Origin: Eledone cirrhosa
Lineage: Eukaryota
Length of the DNA stretch: 64,000 nt
Assembly (NCBI GenBank): GCA_964016885.1
Contig: OZ024741.1
Coordinates: 315,704,001-315,768,000, forward strand
Direction of reading: 5' to 3'
In this document: positions 24,806 to 37,514 of the stretch, in pieces
Layout of the letters: each line of letters opens with the position of its first letter
Position numbering within the stretch: the stretch's first letter is position 1
Notes under the pieces: generated by a model
Databases searched by the model: none
The model's input: only the letters and a program-made list of their open reading frames with translations
Told to the model about the DNA's origin: nothing
Translations under genes and position numbers: made by a program

Positions 24806-27766
24806 TTTTCTTTATTAACCACAAGGGTTCACATAAAGTAGACATTAAGGACAGTACAGGACAATACAGGACGGTACAAATGGGCATTTCTGCGTGTAAA
24901 AAAACAGAGGTTGAAATAAAATAACAAAGAAAAATTCCCCAATAGGGGGGAGACTTCCGAGGGACATTTGTGGAGAAAGCCCATTAAAAGACCACAGTGG
25001 CCCTGACCACCAGGGCAAGTGCCCTCTCCCAGTTTTCCACCTTTAATTTACAGACACATACTCAGAGAAGGCCCATTCATTCGGGCCATACTTGCTTCTC
25101 TCACCCATCTTTCAACAAAATGCTGGGAAGAGAGCACTTCCCTCTCTACCCTGATTTTCCTTTTCAAATGAAATTTGAAAAAGTTAATCAGGGCATCACC
25201 GAAGAGGTAAGTGCTCGTCTTCAGCCCTTTCAAACGTGTCCACCATACTATCTCTTTCGCCATGGCCACCAGACAGATAAAAACTGCCTGCCCTTCCAGG
25301 CTAAAGGAAGGGGGCGGGGCGATCCTCACGATGGACTCAGCTGATAGCTGGATCCGTCCTACACGTGACAGCAGGTGTTCGACATAAACCCACAAGTCAG
25401 CAATGCTCGGACACTGGACAAGTGCGTGCAGGACGGTTTCGTCGCCCTGCGCGCATCTCGGACATGCCCGGCTGACGGCACCTCCATGCCTGTAGAGTTT
25501 ATCCCGAACTGGCAAAGCTCCTCGGTAGCACTGCCAGGCCAGGGATTTCTGGAAGTTGTCCATAGGCCCCGGCCCGAAAGTCCTTCCGAAGAGATTGGCT
25601 AGTTGATTTTCGTCGACGCCTAGAGTTTCTCCAAGTACGTCGTCGCTCTTCCCCTCCACTAATCCCCTATAGAACGCCAAGGTGGAGTTTCCACCGATCA
25701 CATTGCCCGATTGGTCGAGGGCTGTGAGCGCCTGAAGACATTCCAGTCTCCAAGCGCTCCCTCTCGGTCTTCGCTTGACCCAGGACTGCAGCTCCGTCAA
25801 GGAGACGAGCTGGGGAAAAACGTGTCTAGCAAACGGCGACCACACCTGATCACCGTCGAGGAAGAGGTGGAGATGTCGTAGCCTGAGCGCGTGTATGCGC
25901 ATCATCAGCCACGGCATGCCCAGCCCTCCACGTAGCGGGTGTTGACAGCAGATGGACCGCCTGACCATCGGAGCGCGTCCCTTCCACAAGAAGCGAAAGA
26001 GCAAACGCTCCAGCGCAGTCAGGCGGGGCTTAGGACAAGGCACGACGGTCAGGCGGTAGTAGATGACGGACATGATGTACGCATTCGCCACCTCCGCTCG
26101 ACCTTTCAGGGATAGCTTCCTCTCGGCCCATTTCTGGGTGAGGGAAGCCACCCTGCTCGTCACCTCGTCCCAGTTTTTGTCCGTCTGGAGGTCTGGACCG
26201 AACCAGACCCCTAGCAATTTAACCGGTCCGTCCGTCCAGCGCCCGAGGACGCTGTTGGACGGCATGGACCTGCCTCTCCAGGTGCCGAGCTGCAGGCCCA
26301 CTGACTTTTCCTGGTTGATCATTGCTCCTGTCACCGCTTCGTATTCTCTTAGTGTAGTGCCGATCGCCTCGATGTGTTTGGCGTTCGACACCACTACGGT
26401 GACATCGTCGGCATATGCTGACACGGATCTTCCGCATCCTAGTTCGCGCGGGACCCCCCTCAACGTCTCCAGTTTGTGCAGTAATGGCTCGAGAGTCAAT
26501 ACGTACAATAGGGACGAGAGGGGACATCCTTGGCGGACCGAGCGCATGATGTTGAACGGTTCCGAATGGTGACCGTTCACTCTCACTACAGAGCAGATGT
26601 CGCTGTGCATGGCAGCGATCCAGCCTCTGAAGACGGGCCCAAAGCCAGCCGCCCTCAGGACTGCCGCTAGGTAACGATGGTCGACCCTATCGAAGGCTTT
26701 CGACTGATCTAAATTGATCAAAGACCCACCCGTGCCAGGTTCCCTAGCTACCCTCTCTACGATGTATCGCATGAGGTGGAGGTTGTCGTGGATGGATCTG
26801 TCGGGAATGGCGCATGTCTGTGCCTCTCCCACCAGACCACCAACGACAAGCGCCAACCTCTTTGCTAGCACCTTGGCCAAAATCTTGAACTCTGTGTTTA
26901 GCAGAGTTATGGGCCTAAAATTATCTATGTTATCCCCCTTGTTCGGATCCTTTCTCAGCAGCGCCACCACTCCTCGGCTCACAGAGCTGGGAATTCTCCC
27001 GTTCTGTTGCCAGTTGCAGTAGACGTCCGCCAAGAGGCCTCCGAACAAGTTTGGCATTTGTACGTAAAATTCATAGGGCAGACCATCCAAACCAGGCGAT
27101 TTACCCCTTGTGCAACTAGTCATTGCATCCCGTACTTCAGCGGTTGTTATCGGCTTTTCGCAACACTCCGCCTCAGTGGCCGAAAGCCGCGGCAGTTCGT
27201 CGAGGTAGACACTAAAGTCCATCCCTCGATCCGGCCCGCCACTGCCCCCGAACAGTTGAGCGAAGTGTCGCTGAAAAGCTTCACACATTTGCCCGGGATC
27301 GAGTAGCATGCGCCCGTCGTGGTCCACCAAAGACCGGATCGTGGCTTTGTTGCCACGACGCGCCTCCGCCACTCGGGCCCATTGAACGGCTTTCGTCCCC
27401 TCGTGTCTGAGAGCACGTACCCTAGCTCTGACAACGCAGCCTTCGTGCTTTGCATTGAAGAATTGGTCAAGGGCCAATTTCGCCGCAAGTACGTCGGTCG
27501 CGATGCCTTTGCTAAGCGCCTCATCTAATTTTCTAACTAATTCTCCCTCTGCTCTATTTTTCTCTATTGCTAAAGTCTTACTAAACATAATGGACTCTAT
27601 TCTAATTGCTCTTTTCAGAGCAAACCACCACTTGTTGTTGACAATGGCCCCCGTCAACGCCCGCTTAACTAGTTCGCTAATCCGGTCTCTGTAGACCTTG
27701 CGAGCTGGTAATGACACGTTTAGCTTCCAGTAGCCGGTCCTTGTCTATGAAGCCTATTCATGTCAA
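24805..27766 (-). mobile_element. Tx1-clade L1 LINE copy A, 5'-truncated
   Basis: ORF2 plus 3' UTR ending AATAAAGAAAAT(ATT)n. Confidence 0.92.
25048..27717 (-). CDS. Tx1/L1 ORF2: reverse transcriptase and zf-RVT (APE domain missing)
   Basis: KSPGLDG, FRPITLLN, LDQSKAFD, RQGCPLS, YADD, CPRC..ETVLHALVQC; 889 aa open. Confidence 0.92.
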   Translation of the reverse strand: MSLPARKVYRDRISELVKRALTGAIVNNKWWFALKRAIRIESIMFSKTLAIEKNRAEGELVRKLDEALSKGIATDVLAAKLALDQFFNAKHEGCVVRARVRALRHEGTKAVQWARVAEARRGNKATIRSLVDHDGRMLLDPGQMCEAFQRHFAQLFGGSGGPDRGMDFSVYLDELPRLSATEAECCEKPITTAEVRDAMTSCTRGKSPGLDGLPYEFYVQMPNLFGGLLADVYCNWQQNGRIPSSVSRGVVALLRKDPNKGDNIDNFRPITLLNTEFKILAKVLAKRLALVVGGLVGEAQTCAIPDRSIHDNLHLMRYIVERVAREPGTGGSLINLDQSKAFDRVDHRYLAAVLRAAGFGPVFRGWIAAMHSDICSVVRVNGHHSEPFNIMRSVRQGCPLSSLLYVLTLEPLLHKLETLRGVPRELGCGRSVSAYADDVTVVVSNAKHIEAIGTTLREYEAVTGAMINQEKSVGLQLGTWRGRSMPSNSVLGRWTDGPVKLLGVWFGPDLQTDKNWDEVTSRVASLTQKWAERKLSLKGRAEVANAYIMSVIYYRLTVVPCPKPRLTALERLLFRFLWKGRAPMVRRSICCQHPLRGGLGMPWLMMRIHALRLRHLHLFLDGDQVWSPFARHVFPQLVSLTELQSWVKRRPRGSAWRLECLQALTALDQSGNVIGGNSTLAFYRGLVEGKSDDVLGETLGVDENQLANLFGRTFGPGPMDNFQKSLAWQCYRGALPVRDKLYRHGGAVSRACPRCAQGDETVLHALVQCPSIADLWVYVEHLLSRVGRIQLSAESIVRIAPPPSFSLEGQAVFICLVAMAKEIVWWTRLKGLKTSTYLFGDALINFFKFHLKRKIRVEREVLSSQHFVERWVREASMARMNGPSLSMCL

Positions 27767-29830
27767 ACTATGACATTCTGGAGAGGAATATGGGAACAGG
27801 ATGTTAAACATAATGACCAGACAGTGTGGATTGAGACAGTACAGAAGGAGATTTGTGAACAGGCACACCAACAAACTGATTTGAGTATCACAGTTGAAAC
27901 TCTTAAGGGGCAGGCCAAAAAACTAACCAACTTGAAATCACCAGGCCCAGATGGTGTGTAGGAGTATTGGATTAAAAATATAACATCCCTCCAACCGAAA
28001 CTGACAACCATGTTCAATGACTGCTTGATGTCAGGTGAGGTACCAGAGTGGTTGACAAAAGGTACCACAGTTCTGGTAATGAAAGACCGAATCAAGGGTA
28101 ATGATGTTACCAACTATAGACCTATCACATGTCTGTCCGTAATGTGGAAACTGTTGACGAGCATTGTGTCTGAGGAAATCTACCATTACCTCCACAGATA
28201 GTCTGTCCCCTCTGTTGTTTGTCCTTGCGCTGATGCCCCTGACCACTATACTGCGAAAAGTGAGAGCAGGATACAAGTTAGGAAAGGGAGAGCTTACCAT
28301 CAATCACCTCTTCTTCATGGACGATCTTAAGCTCTTCGGGAAGAGTGAGAAGGTGTTGGATGTGCTTGTTGACACTGTCCGTATTTTCAGCAATGATATA
28401 TGTATGCAATTTGGTATTAGTAAGTGTGGAGTCCTTGTGATGAAGAGGGGTAAATTGAGCAGAAGCAACGGAATCCAGGTACCAACAGGTGTGATGATAA
28501 AGGAAATTGACACTGAAGAAGGATACAAGTATTTGGGTGTTCTGGAGGCTGATGACATCAAGAACAAAAAAATGAAGGAATTGATAAAATCTGAATATAT
28601 TCGGAGAGTAAGGAGCGTATTAAAGTCACATCTGAACAGTAGGAATGCCATAAGTGCAGTAAATTCCCGAGCTGTGTCTATTATTAGGTACAGTGCGAGA
28701 ATTCTGAGATGGAATGTTGCTGAACAAAAAGAAATGGATAGGAAGACTAGGGAGCTATTGACTATCTACAACATGTTCCACAAGAGGAGTGACGTCGATA
28801 GACTCTACTTAAGGAGATCTGAAGGTGGAAGAGATCTTATCAGCATAGAGGACTGTGTTCAGATGGAGAAAAACAACCTACACAAATACGTGACTGATAG
28901 TAAGGAGCCAATGCTCAGAATTGTACTGAAGGAGAGAACAATAGACCAGAGGATGTCCAAGGAGGAAATAACATCAAGGAGAACGAGCAGCCTCCATGAA
29001 AAATCCCTTCATAGTACCTTCTTTGAGAAAACTGAATTCAGAGATCCACAAACATGGAACTGGTTGAAAAGAGGAGACCTTAAAAAGGCTACAGAAGGAA
29101 TGCTAATGGCTGCGCAAGAGCAGGCCCTCAAAACGAAGTGGTTGAAACACCATATTTACAAGGAGGAGGCTAGCCCACTGTGCAGGATCTGTAGAGAGAG
29201 AGGGGAGACTGTGGCTCACATTGTATCCGAGTGTAAACACCTAGCCCAGACTCACTATAAAGGCTGGAGACATGATGTGATGGGCAGGGTGATCCACTGG
29301 CACCTATGCAAAGTAAACAATTTACCACATTCTGAGAAGTGGTATGAGCATAAGCCAGAGTCGGTGATAGAAAACGATCAGGTGAAGGTGCTGTGGGATT
29401 TTAGGATACAGACGGACAAGAAACTGGAACACAATAGACCTGACCTGGTGGTTTTGGACAAGGAAAAAAGATCGTGCCTGATTGTGGATGTGGCCTGCCC
29501 ATTCGACACGAGAGTGCAAGAGATGGAGAGGGAGAAAATTAACCGATACCAGGACTTAAAGTGGGAGGTAAAAAGGATTTGGAACTGCCATGAAGTCAAA
29601 GTAGTCCCGATTGTCATAGGCGCACTAGGTACTATCTCAAAAGTTTCCAGGGATGGTTAAAGAAAATTGGCCCCGCCCCGCTTTTTGGAACGCTTCAAAA
29701 TGCATGCTTGCTGGGAACAACAAGAACCCTCCGATATGTCATGAATATCTGAGGCTGCAGGTAGTGGCTTGATATTCATTTCAACAAACTTTCCAGTTAA
29801 CTAACATCAATGACTGAGACTCAAAGAACA
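27764..29830 (+). mobile_element. R4/Dong-type RLE LINE, 5'-truncated with an internal RT deletion
   Basis: KSPGPDG, YRPITCL, deletion near 28195, DSLSPLLF, FMDD, CRIC..ETVAHIVSEC, RHD, NRPDL, DVACP; tail (AAT)n. Confidence 0.92.
28164..29660 (+). pseudogene. RT C-terminal half, CCHC and restriction-like endonuclease
   Basis: 498-aa ORF with the motifs above; frameshift near the end. Confidence 0.88.
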
Positions 29831-29844
29831 ATAATAATAATAAT

Positions 29845-30866
29845 GATTTCTTTATTGGCCACAAGGGCTGACATCAAGAAAAGCATTACAGACTGCACAG
29901 GACGGTACAGGACGGTACGATGTCGGTTTTGTGCGTGTAAATATTTTTATTATTTATATAAGAAAAGAAAAAAAAAGGACATAGAAAAATATATATATAT
30001 ATAAACAATAAAAATGAAAATTGAAACAACGAAAAATTCCCCAATAGGGGGGAAACCTCCGAGGGTTACTCGTGGCGAAAACCCCACAAAAGACCACGGC
30101 CACCCTGACCACCAGGGCAAGCGCCCTCTATCAATTTTTCCATTTCTCAAACTATTCAGAGAGGCCCCGTTCACTCGGACCATTCTCGCTACATTCCCCC
30201 ACCTTTCAACAAACTAGCTAGAAGGCAGCACTTGCCTCTCCACCCTGATTTTCCTCTTCAAGTGAAACTTGAAAAAGTTAATTAGGGATTCGAAGAAGAG
30301 GAAAGTGTCTGTCTTTAACCCTTTTAACCTTGTCCACCACACAATTTCTTTCGCCAGGGCCACCAGGCAGATGAAAACCGCCTGCCCTTCCTCCTCGAAG
30401 AAAGATGGCGAGACCATCTGCACAATGGACTCAGTCGACAACCGGATCAATCCTACACGCGACATCAACTGTTCGACATAGCTCCACAAGTCAGCAATGC
30501 TCGGGCACTGAACGAGTGCGTGCACGACGGTTTCGTCGCTCTGCGCGCATCTCGGACAGGCTCGGCTGACGGCACTTCCGTGCCTGTAGAGCTTATCTCG
30601 AACCGGCAGCGCTCCCCGGTAGCACTGCCAGGCCAGGGATTTTTGGAAGTTATCCAGCCCTGGGCGGAAAGTTCTCCGGAAGAGAGCAAACAGCTGATCT
30701 ACTTCGACGCCCAGGATCTCTCCGAGAATGTCGTCACCCTTCCCCTCCACCAGTCCTCTATAGAACGCCGAGTGGATGTTCCACCGATACTGGTGCCCAG
30801 CTGGCAGAGGGCAGTGAGCGCCTGGAGACATTCCAGTTTCCAAGCGCTATCCCTCGCTCTTTTTCT
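29845..30866 (-). mobile_element. Tx1-like LINE 3' fragment, second subfamily (copy C)
   Basis: zf-RVT ORF 30214-30843; 3' end GCCAATAAAGAAATC(ATT)n. Confidence 0.9.
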
Positions 30867-33800
30867 GACATTAAGGACAGTACAGGACAATAGAGGACGG
30901 TACAAATGAGCATTTCTGCGTGTAAAAAAACCCCCCAAAAACAGAGAATATAATAAAATAACAATGAAAAATTCCCCAATAGAGGGGAGACTTCCGAGGG
31001 CCATCGTGGAGAAATCCCATTAAAGGAAGCTACGGTGACCCTGACCACCAGGGCAAATGTCCTCTCCCAGTTTTCCACCTTCAATTTACAGGCATATACT
31101 CAGAGTAGGTCCATTCACTCGGGCCATTCTTGCCTCTCTCACCCATCTTTCAACAAAAAGCTGGGAGTAGAGCACTTCCCTCTCTAACCTGATTTTCCTT
31201 TCCAAATAAAATTGGAAAAAGTTAATCAGAGCATCTACGAAGTGGTAAATGCTCGTCTTCAGCCCTTTCAGACGCGTCCACCATACTATCTCTTTCGCCA
31301 TGGCCACCAGACAGATAAACCCACAATTCAGCAATGCTCGGACACTAGACGAGTGCATGCAGGACGGTCTCGTCGCCCTGCGCGCATCACGGACATTCCC
31401 GGCTGACGGCACCTCCATGCCTGTAGAGTTTATCCCGAACTGGCAAAGCTCCTCGGTAGCACTGCCAGGCCAGGGATTTCTGGAAGTTGTCCATAGGCCC
31501 CGGCCCGAAAGTTCTTCCAAAGAGATTGGCTAGTTGTTTTTCGTCGACGCCTAGAGTTTCCCCAAGTACGTCGTCGCTCTTCCCCTCCACTAATCCTCTA
31601 TAGAACGCCAAGGTGGAGTTTCCACCGATCACATTGCCCGATTGGTCGAGGGCTGTGAGCGCCTGAAAACATTCCAGTCTCCAAGCGCTCCCTCTCGGTC
31701 TTCGCTTGACCCAGGACTGCAGCTCCGTCAAGGAGACGAGCTGGAGAAAGACGCGTCTAGCAAACGGCGACCACACCTGATCACCGTCGAGGAAGAGGTG
31801 GAGATGTCGTAGCCTGAGCGCGTGTCTGCGCATCATCAGCCACGGCATGCCCAACCCTCCACGTAGCAGGTGTTGAGAGCAGATGGAACGCCTGACCATC
31901 GGAGCGCGTCTCTTCCACAAGAAGCGAAAGAGAAAACGCTCCAATGCAGTCAGGCGGGGATTAGGACAAGGTACGACGGTCAGGCGGTAGTAGATGACGG
32001 ACGCGATGTACGCGTTAGCCACCACCGCTCGACCTTTCAGGGATAGCTTCCTCTCCGCCCATTTCTGGGTGAGAGAAGTCACCCTGCTCGTCACCTCGTC
32101 CCAGTTTTTGTTCGTCTGGAGGTCCGAACCGAACCAGAACCCTAACAATTTAACCGGTCCATCCGTCCAGCGCCCGACGACGCTGTTGGAAGGCATGGAC
32201 CTGCCTCTCCAGGTGCCGAGCTGCAGGCCCACTGACTTTTCCTGGTTGATCATTGCTCCTGTCACCGATTCGTATTCTTTTAGTGTAGTGCCGATCGCCT
32301 CGATGTGTTTGGCGTTCGACACCACAACGGTGACATCGTCCGCATATGCTGACACGGATCTTCCGAATCCTAGTTCGCACGGGACCCCATCAACGTCTCC
32401 AGTTTGTGCAGTAATGACTCGATAGTCAATACGAGAGGGGACATGCTTGGCGGACCGAGCGCATGATGTTGAACGGTTCCGAAAGGTGACCGTTCACTCT
32501 CACCACAGAGCAGATGTCGCTGTGCATGGCAGCGATCCAGCCTTTGAAAACGGGCCCAAAGCCAGCCGCCCTCAGGACTGCCGCTAGGTAACGATGGTCG
32601 ACCCTATCAAAAGCTTTCGACTGATCTAAATTGATCAAGGACCCACCCGTGCCAGGTTCCCTAGCTACCCTCTCCACGATGTATCGCATGAGGTGGAGGT
32701 TGTCCTGGATGGATCTGTCTGGAATGGCGCACGTCTGCGCCTCTCCCACCAGACCACCAACGACAAGCGCCAACCTTTTTGCTAGAACCTTGTCCAAAAT
32801 CTTGAACTCTGTGTTTAGCAGAGTTATGGGCCTGAAATTATCGAGTTATCACCCTTGTTCGGATCCTTTCTCAGCAGCGCCACCGCACCTCGCCTCACAG
32901 AGCTGGGAATTCTCCCGTTCTGTTGCCTGTTGCAGTGGACGTCCGCCAAGAGGCCTCCGAACAAGTCTGGCATATGTACGTAAAGTTCAAAGGGCAGACC
33001 ATCCAAATCAGGCGATTTACCCCTTGTGCAGCCAGTCATTGCCCACCGTACTTCAGCGGCTGTTATCGGCATTTCGCAACACTCCGCCTCAGTGGCCTAG
33101 AGCCGCGGCACTCCGTCGAGGTAGACACTAAAATCCATCCCTCGACCCGGCCCGCTGCTCTATTTTTTTCTATTACTAAAGCCTTACTAAACCTAATGGA
33201 CTCTGTTCTAATCGCTCTTTTCAGAGCAAACCACCACTTGTTGGTGACGATGGCCCCCGTCAACCCCCGCTTAACTAGTTCGCTAATCCGGTCTCTGTAG
33301 ACCTTGCGAGCTGGTAATGACGCGTTTAGCTTCCAGTAGCCGGTCCTTGTCTATGAAGCCTATTCATGTCAATCACACAGATCACGAATTTGTGGTCCGT
33401 GTAGCTGACTATCTTGAATTGTGGACAGCCTATGCTAGAAATATCTATTTCCTACAAAATACTCTATCTAGATATGATCTGGATAACCCTATGCGATTTG
33501 TCCAAGTTCACATTAGCACATTCGGGAAATCCAATCGGTACCTGTCAGACAGTTCAAAACGCCTGAGCAGGTTTGTGAGGCTCTTGCACCCTCCTCCCCT
33601 ATCCGCTAATCCCACACAATCCCAGCGTGCATCTAAGATCCCGTTCCAGTCGCCCACTAACACTAAAGAGCGGGACGTTCCCAGAAAGGTCTCCAGACGC
33701 CGGAAGAAATCAGGCCGCCCTGCTTCTCTCGGGGCATAGACGGCCACTAGCCTGAAAGCTTGCTCTTCTCCGCTGGTCACGTCCAGCACCACAAACTTAC

Positions 33801-36510
33801 CTTTTGGGTCCAGGAAGATGGCCCGTATGGCAAGATCCAAACCTCTCCGAAAAAGCACAGCAACTCCTCCCCCCGATCCAGAACGGCTAGGAGATGCGTA
33901 CACATCGTAGCCGCCGAAGATTGGTGCGAAGGCCCGTGCTTCGGAGATTCTCGTCTTGCTAGTGGCCACTACATCTATGTTTAGTGACCTGAGGTCGTTG
34001 AGCAGGTGGCCTTGCTTCCATGACGACCCCAAGCCACGCGCAGTTATGCTGCCTATTCTGAGTGAGGTCATGTGGAAATGGAGTGGAAAAGATGGGAAAG
34101 ACCACTTACCTTACTTCTAGTAGAGGAAGGATGGTTTCTCCATCCTTTTCACTGCTTGTGGCCTCCTCCGGAAGGATGTCCTTATAAATCCTCCTGGAGA
34201 GTGCCTGTCGGAAGTCTCCGATGTCTTTGGGGAATTTTTGTTTTAGTGTCGTGTAGATTTTCTGTGTGATGCAAGTGATTTGTATGTGTGGAGGTGGTGT
34301 GAACTTTTGGGGTGTTGTGTAGTCTTTTTCTGTGATGCTGGTGTTGTGTTGGATGTAGTGTAGTAATTGGTTGTTGTTCAAATTTAATGCTGTGTAGAGT
34401 GTATCGTTTTGGTTGTTTTGTTTTTCGTTTGTTGTAGGTTTGTTTCTGTTTCGCTTTTTGTGACTTTTGTGGTGTTGGTGATGGTGGTGTTGGGGTTAAT
34501 GATGGTGATGGTGTTGGTGTTTGTGGTGATGGGGTTGCTGATGCCAGTGTGGATGGTGGCATAGCTTCCCTAACTGTTTTATTTGATAGTTTATTTGTTT
34601 CCTTCTGTATTTTGTTTTTGGAGGGGGAAGGAAGAGAATTTTTTTCTTTTTTGGCTTCTTTTTCTTTTTTTTTCTTTTTTCCTGATACCGTTTCCCACAC
34701 CTCGTCGTCACAATCTGTCTCCAGTTGCGATAGGTCGGGGAGTGGAAAATCCTTCACCGGCGTTGGTTTTGGTTGGGGCGTGGTGGATGGTGAAGGCGCT
34801 GGTGCTAGTTCTGGCGCGTTGGGTGGTGGTGGTGTTGGATTTGCTACTGTTGCTGGGGTTGTTGCTGCTACAGTTGCTTCTGTTGTTGCTGCTACAGTTG
34901 TTGCTGCCATTTCTGCTGGTGGTGGTGTTGATGGTTGAGTCACTGGAGTTGGTAAGAGAGGTGGCCTCAACTTTTTTAGCCTGAGGGCAGAAAGCCCTTA
35001 GGTGGGTTCCTTCACCACAAACGACACACCTAGGTCTTCTACCCTCGACGATTACGGTGAGGTGGCTGCCGTCAGTGAGGTCTATCACCTCTGAGATCTC
35101 CTCAATGCTTTTTTAGTCTGCTTGGTTCAGGAGCTCTATCCCAGATCCGGACCAGTTCTCCTGCATTTCTTTTGCTATTTCTATTATTTTGTTGTTGGCC
35201 TCGATGCCGGCGAGGACGGCAGCCATTAGCCAGGGAATTTCGATGGCCGGTGGAACGTGGGTCACCCTGATCTTTACGAGTCTCTGGCCACAATAGCTTG
35301 GGACTAGTGTGAAGTCGTCGCTGCCGTCAGTGAGGTCTATTACCTCTGGGATTTCCTCAATGCTTTTTTGGTCCGCTTCGATCAGGAGCTCCATCCCAGA
35401 TCCGGACCAGTTCTCCTGCTTTTCTTTTACTATTGCTATTATCTTTGTGTTGGCTTCGATGCCGGCGAGGACGGCCGCTATTAGCCAGGGAATTTCGATG
35501 GCCGGTGGAACGTGGGTCACCCTGATCTTTACGAGTCTCTGGCCACAATAGCTTGGGACGAGTGTGAAGTCGTCACTTCTTAATGGGGCCATGGAGTGTT
35601 CTCTAGCCTCCTCTGGTGTTTCAAAGAACACGTCCACGGTTCCATATTTCTGCCCACGTCTGATGTGGGGTTTTTTTGCCCACACATGTCCCAAAGCTTT
35701 TTGGATTTGGGACTCGGATGCCCGTCCCACTCGGCGCTATTTTATGTTAATCGTACGATAAGACACGGTGCATAGGCACCGATGCTCCATTTTATTAGGT
35801 GTGTGTGTGAGGGGTGAGGTTGACCCTGTACCCATCTTTCTTTACCATTCTCTTGGCTTCATCTAATTCCTCCTGAGTTACCTGGATTGTTTCGCATTTT
35901 TGGCTGCTTTGGCAAACGACTCGGTGGTGTTGCTATTTTTGTTGTTATTCTCATTGTTGTTGTTGCTGTTGTTGTTATTGTTATTTTTAGTTTCAGTTGT
36001 GGTGGTGGTGGCGTCTGTGGTGTTCGGTGTGGAAGAGTCGATTATAGGTGAATACATTTCGATGTCACGAGATAATTTTTTTTGTTTCTGTTGTCGCTGT
36101 GGTGGTGGTTGGGGTGGCGGCTTCAACACCTGCAGTCATTGGTAATGGCGGGAAATGAATGTCTGCATGAGACAAATTTAAATTATTGCTACTGCTTATA
36201 TTTTTAGTGTTGGCAAGCGTAGTAATATTTACAATGGTGGCGTGAGGTGTTAGTTTGTGAGGAAGGCTGTCAGCCTGGTGTAGCTGTGAGTTGTCCATGT
36301 TTTTTCAAACTAATTTTTGTTTGATAGTTATAAAAGTTTAAATTTTGGACTCAAGGCCCCAATCTTTTTGAGTGTCCTTTTCCGAAAGCAAATTATGTGA
36401 CCTTATAAACACTTAACAACAAAAATTTTCCATAAATAGCAATTTAAAACAACTGAAAACAACAAACCTTTACGGAGCTCACGATGATACGATTTCCTAC
36501 GTATGTCGCC
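30867..36510 (-). mobile_element. Tx1-like LINE copy B, full 5' end, disabled
   Basis: 5' GGCGAC after (ATT)n; ORF1 ~36298-34106 with CCHC knuckle (CVVCGEGTHLRAFC); ORF2 from 34071 with APE (VYAP, GDWN) and RT; frameshifts and deletions. Confidence 0.92.
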
Positions 36511-36519
36511 AATAATAAA

Positions 36520-36572
<53 letters not shown>

Positions 36573-36585
36573 TAATAATAATAAC

Positions 36586-37109
36586 GGAGATGCTGTCAGC
36601 CGAGCCTGTCTGAGATGCGCGCAGGACGACGAAACTGTCCTACACGCACTCGTTCAGTGCCCGAGAATTGCTGACTTGTGGAGCTATGTCGAACAGTAGG
36701 ACGGATCCGGTTATCGACTGAGTCCATTGTGCAGATAGCCCCGCCACCCTCCTTTAAAGAGGAGGAAGGGCAAGCAGTCTTCATCTGCCTGGTGGCCATG
36801 ACGAAAGAGATTGTGCGGTGGACAAGGTTGAAAGGGTTGAAAACGGACACTTTCCTCTGCGGCCAATCCCTGATTAACTTTTTCAAGTTTCACTTGAAGA
36901 GGAAAATCAGGGTAGAAAGGCAAGAGCTGTCTTCTAGTAAGTTTATTGAAAGGTGGGTGAAAGGTGAGTATGCGTCTGTAGACTGAGGAGCGGGAAAACT
37001 GAGAGAGGGCGCTTGCCCAGGTGGTCAGGGTGGCCGTGGTCTTTTTGTGTGGTTTTCGCCATGAGTGACCGTCTGTAATGTTTTTCTTCGTGTTAGCCAA
37101 TAAAGAAAC

Positions 37110-37110
<1 letters not shown>
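36586..37110 (+). mobile_element. Tx1-like LINE 3' fragment
   Basis: SRACLRCAQDDETVLHALVQC..; ends AATAAAGAAACC(ATT)n. Confidence 0.88.
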
Positions 37111-37198
<88 letters not shown>

Positions 37199-37304
37199 TT
37201 TGCGGTGGTCTAATCTTTCAGTAGATTTGCTGTTTAGTACTAAGATCGAACGACATTATCAGCTTATGTATCCATTATTAGGGTGATGGCTTTGTAATAC
37301 ACAC

Positions 37305-37433
<129 letters not shown>

Positions 37434-37514
37434 CATCTGTGTGTACGGATAGGCATATATGAGAGAGGGCGGAGTAGTTTTTTTTTTTTTTCTCTAATAT
37501 TTGTATTGATTCCT

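Noticed and set aside
26063-33131. Plus-strand ORFs opposite Tx1 ORF2
   Set aside because: Antisense shadows of GC-rich coding sequence with no protein motifs
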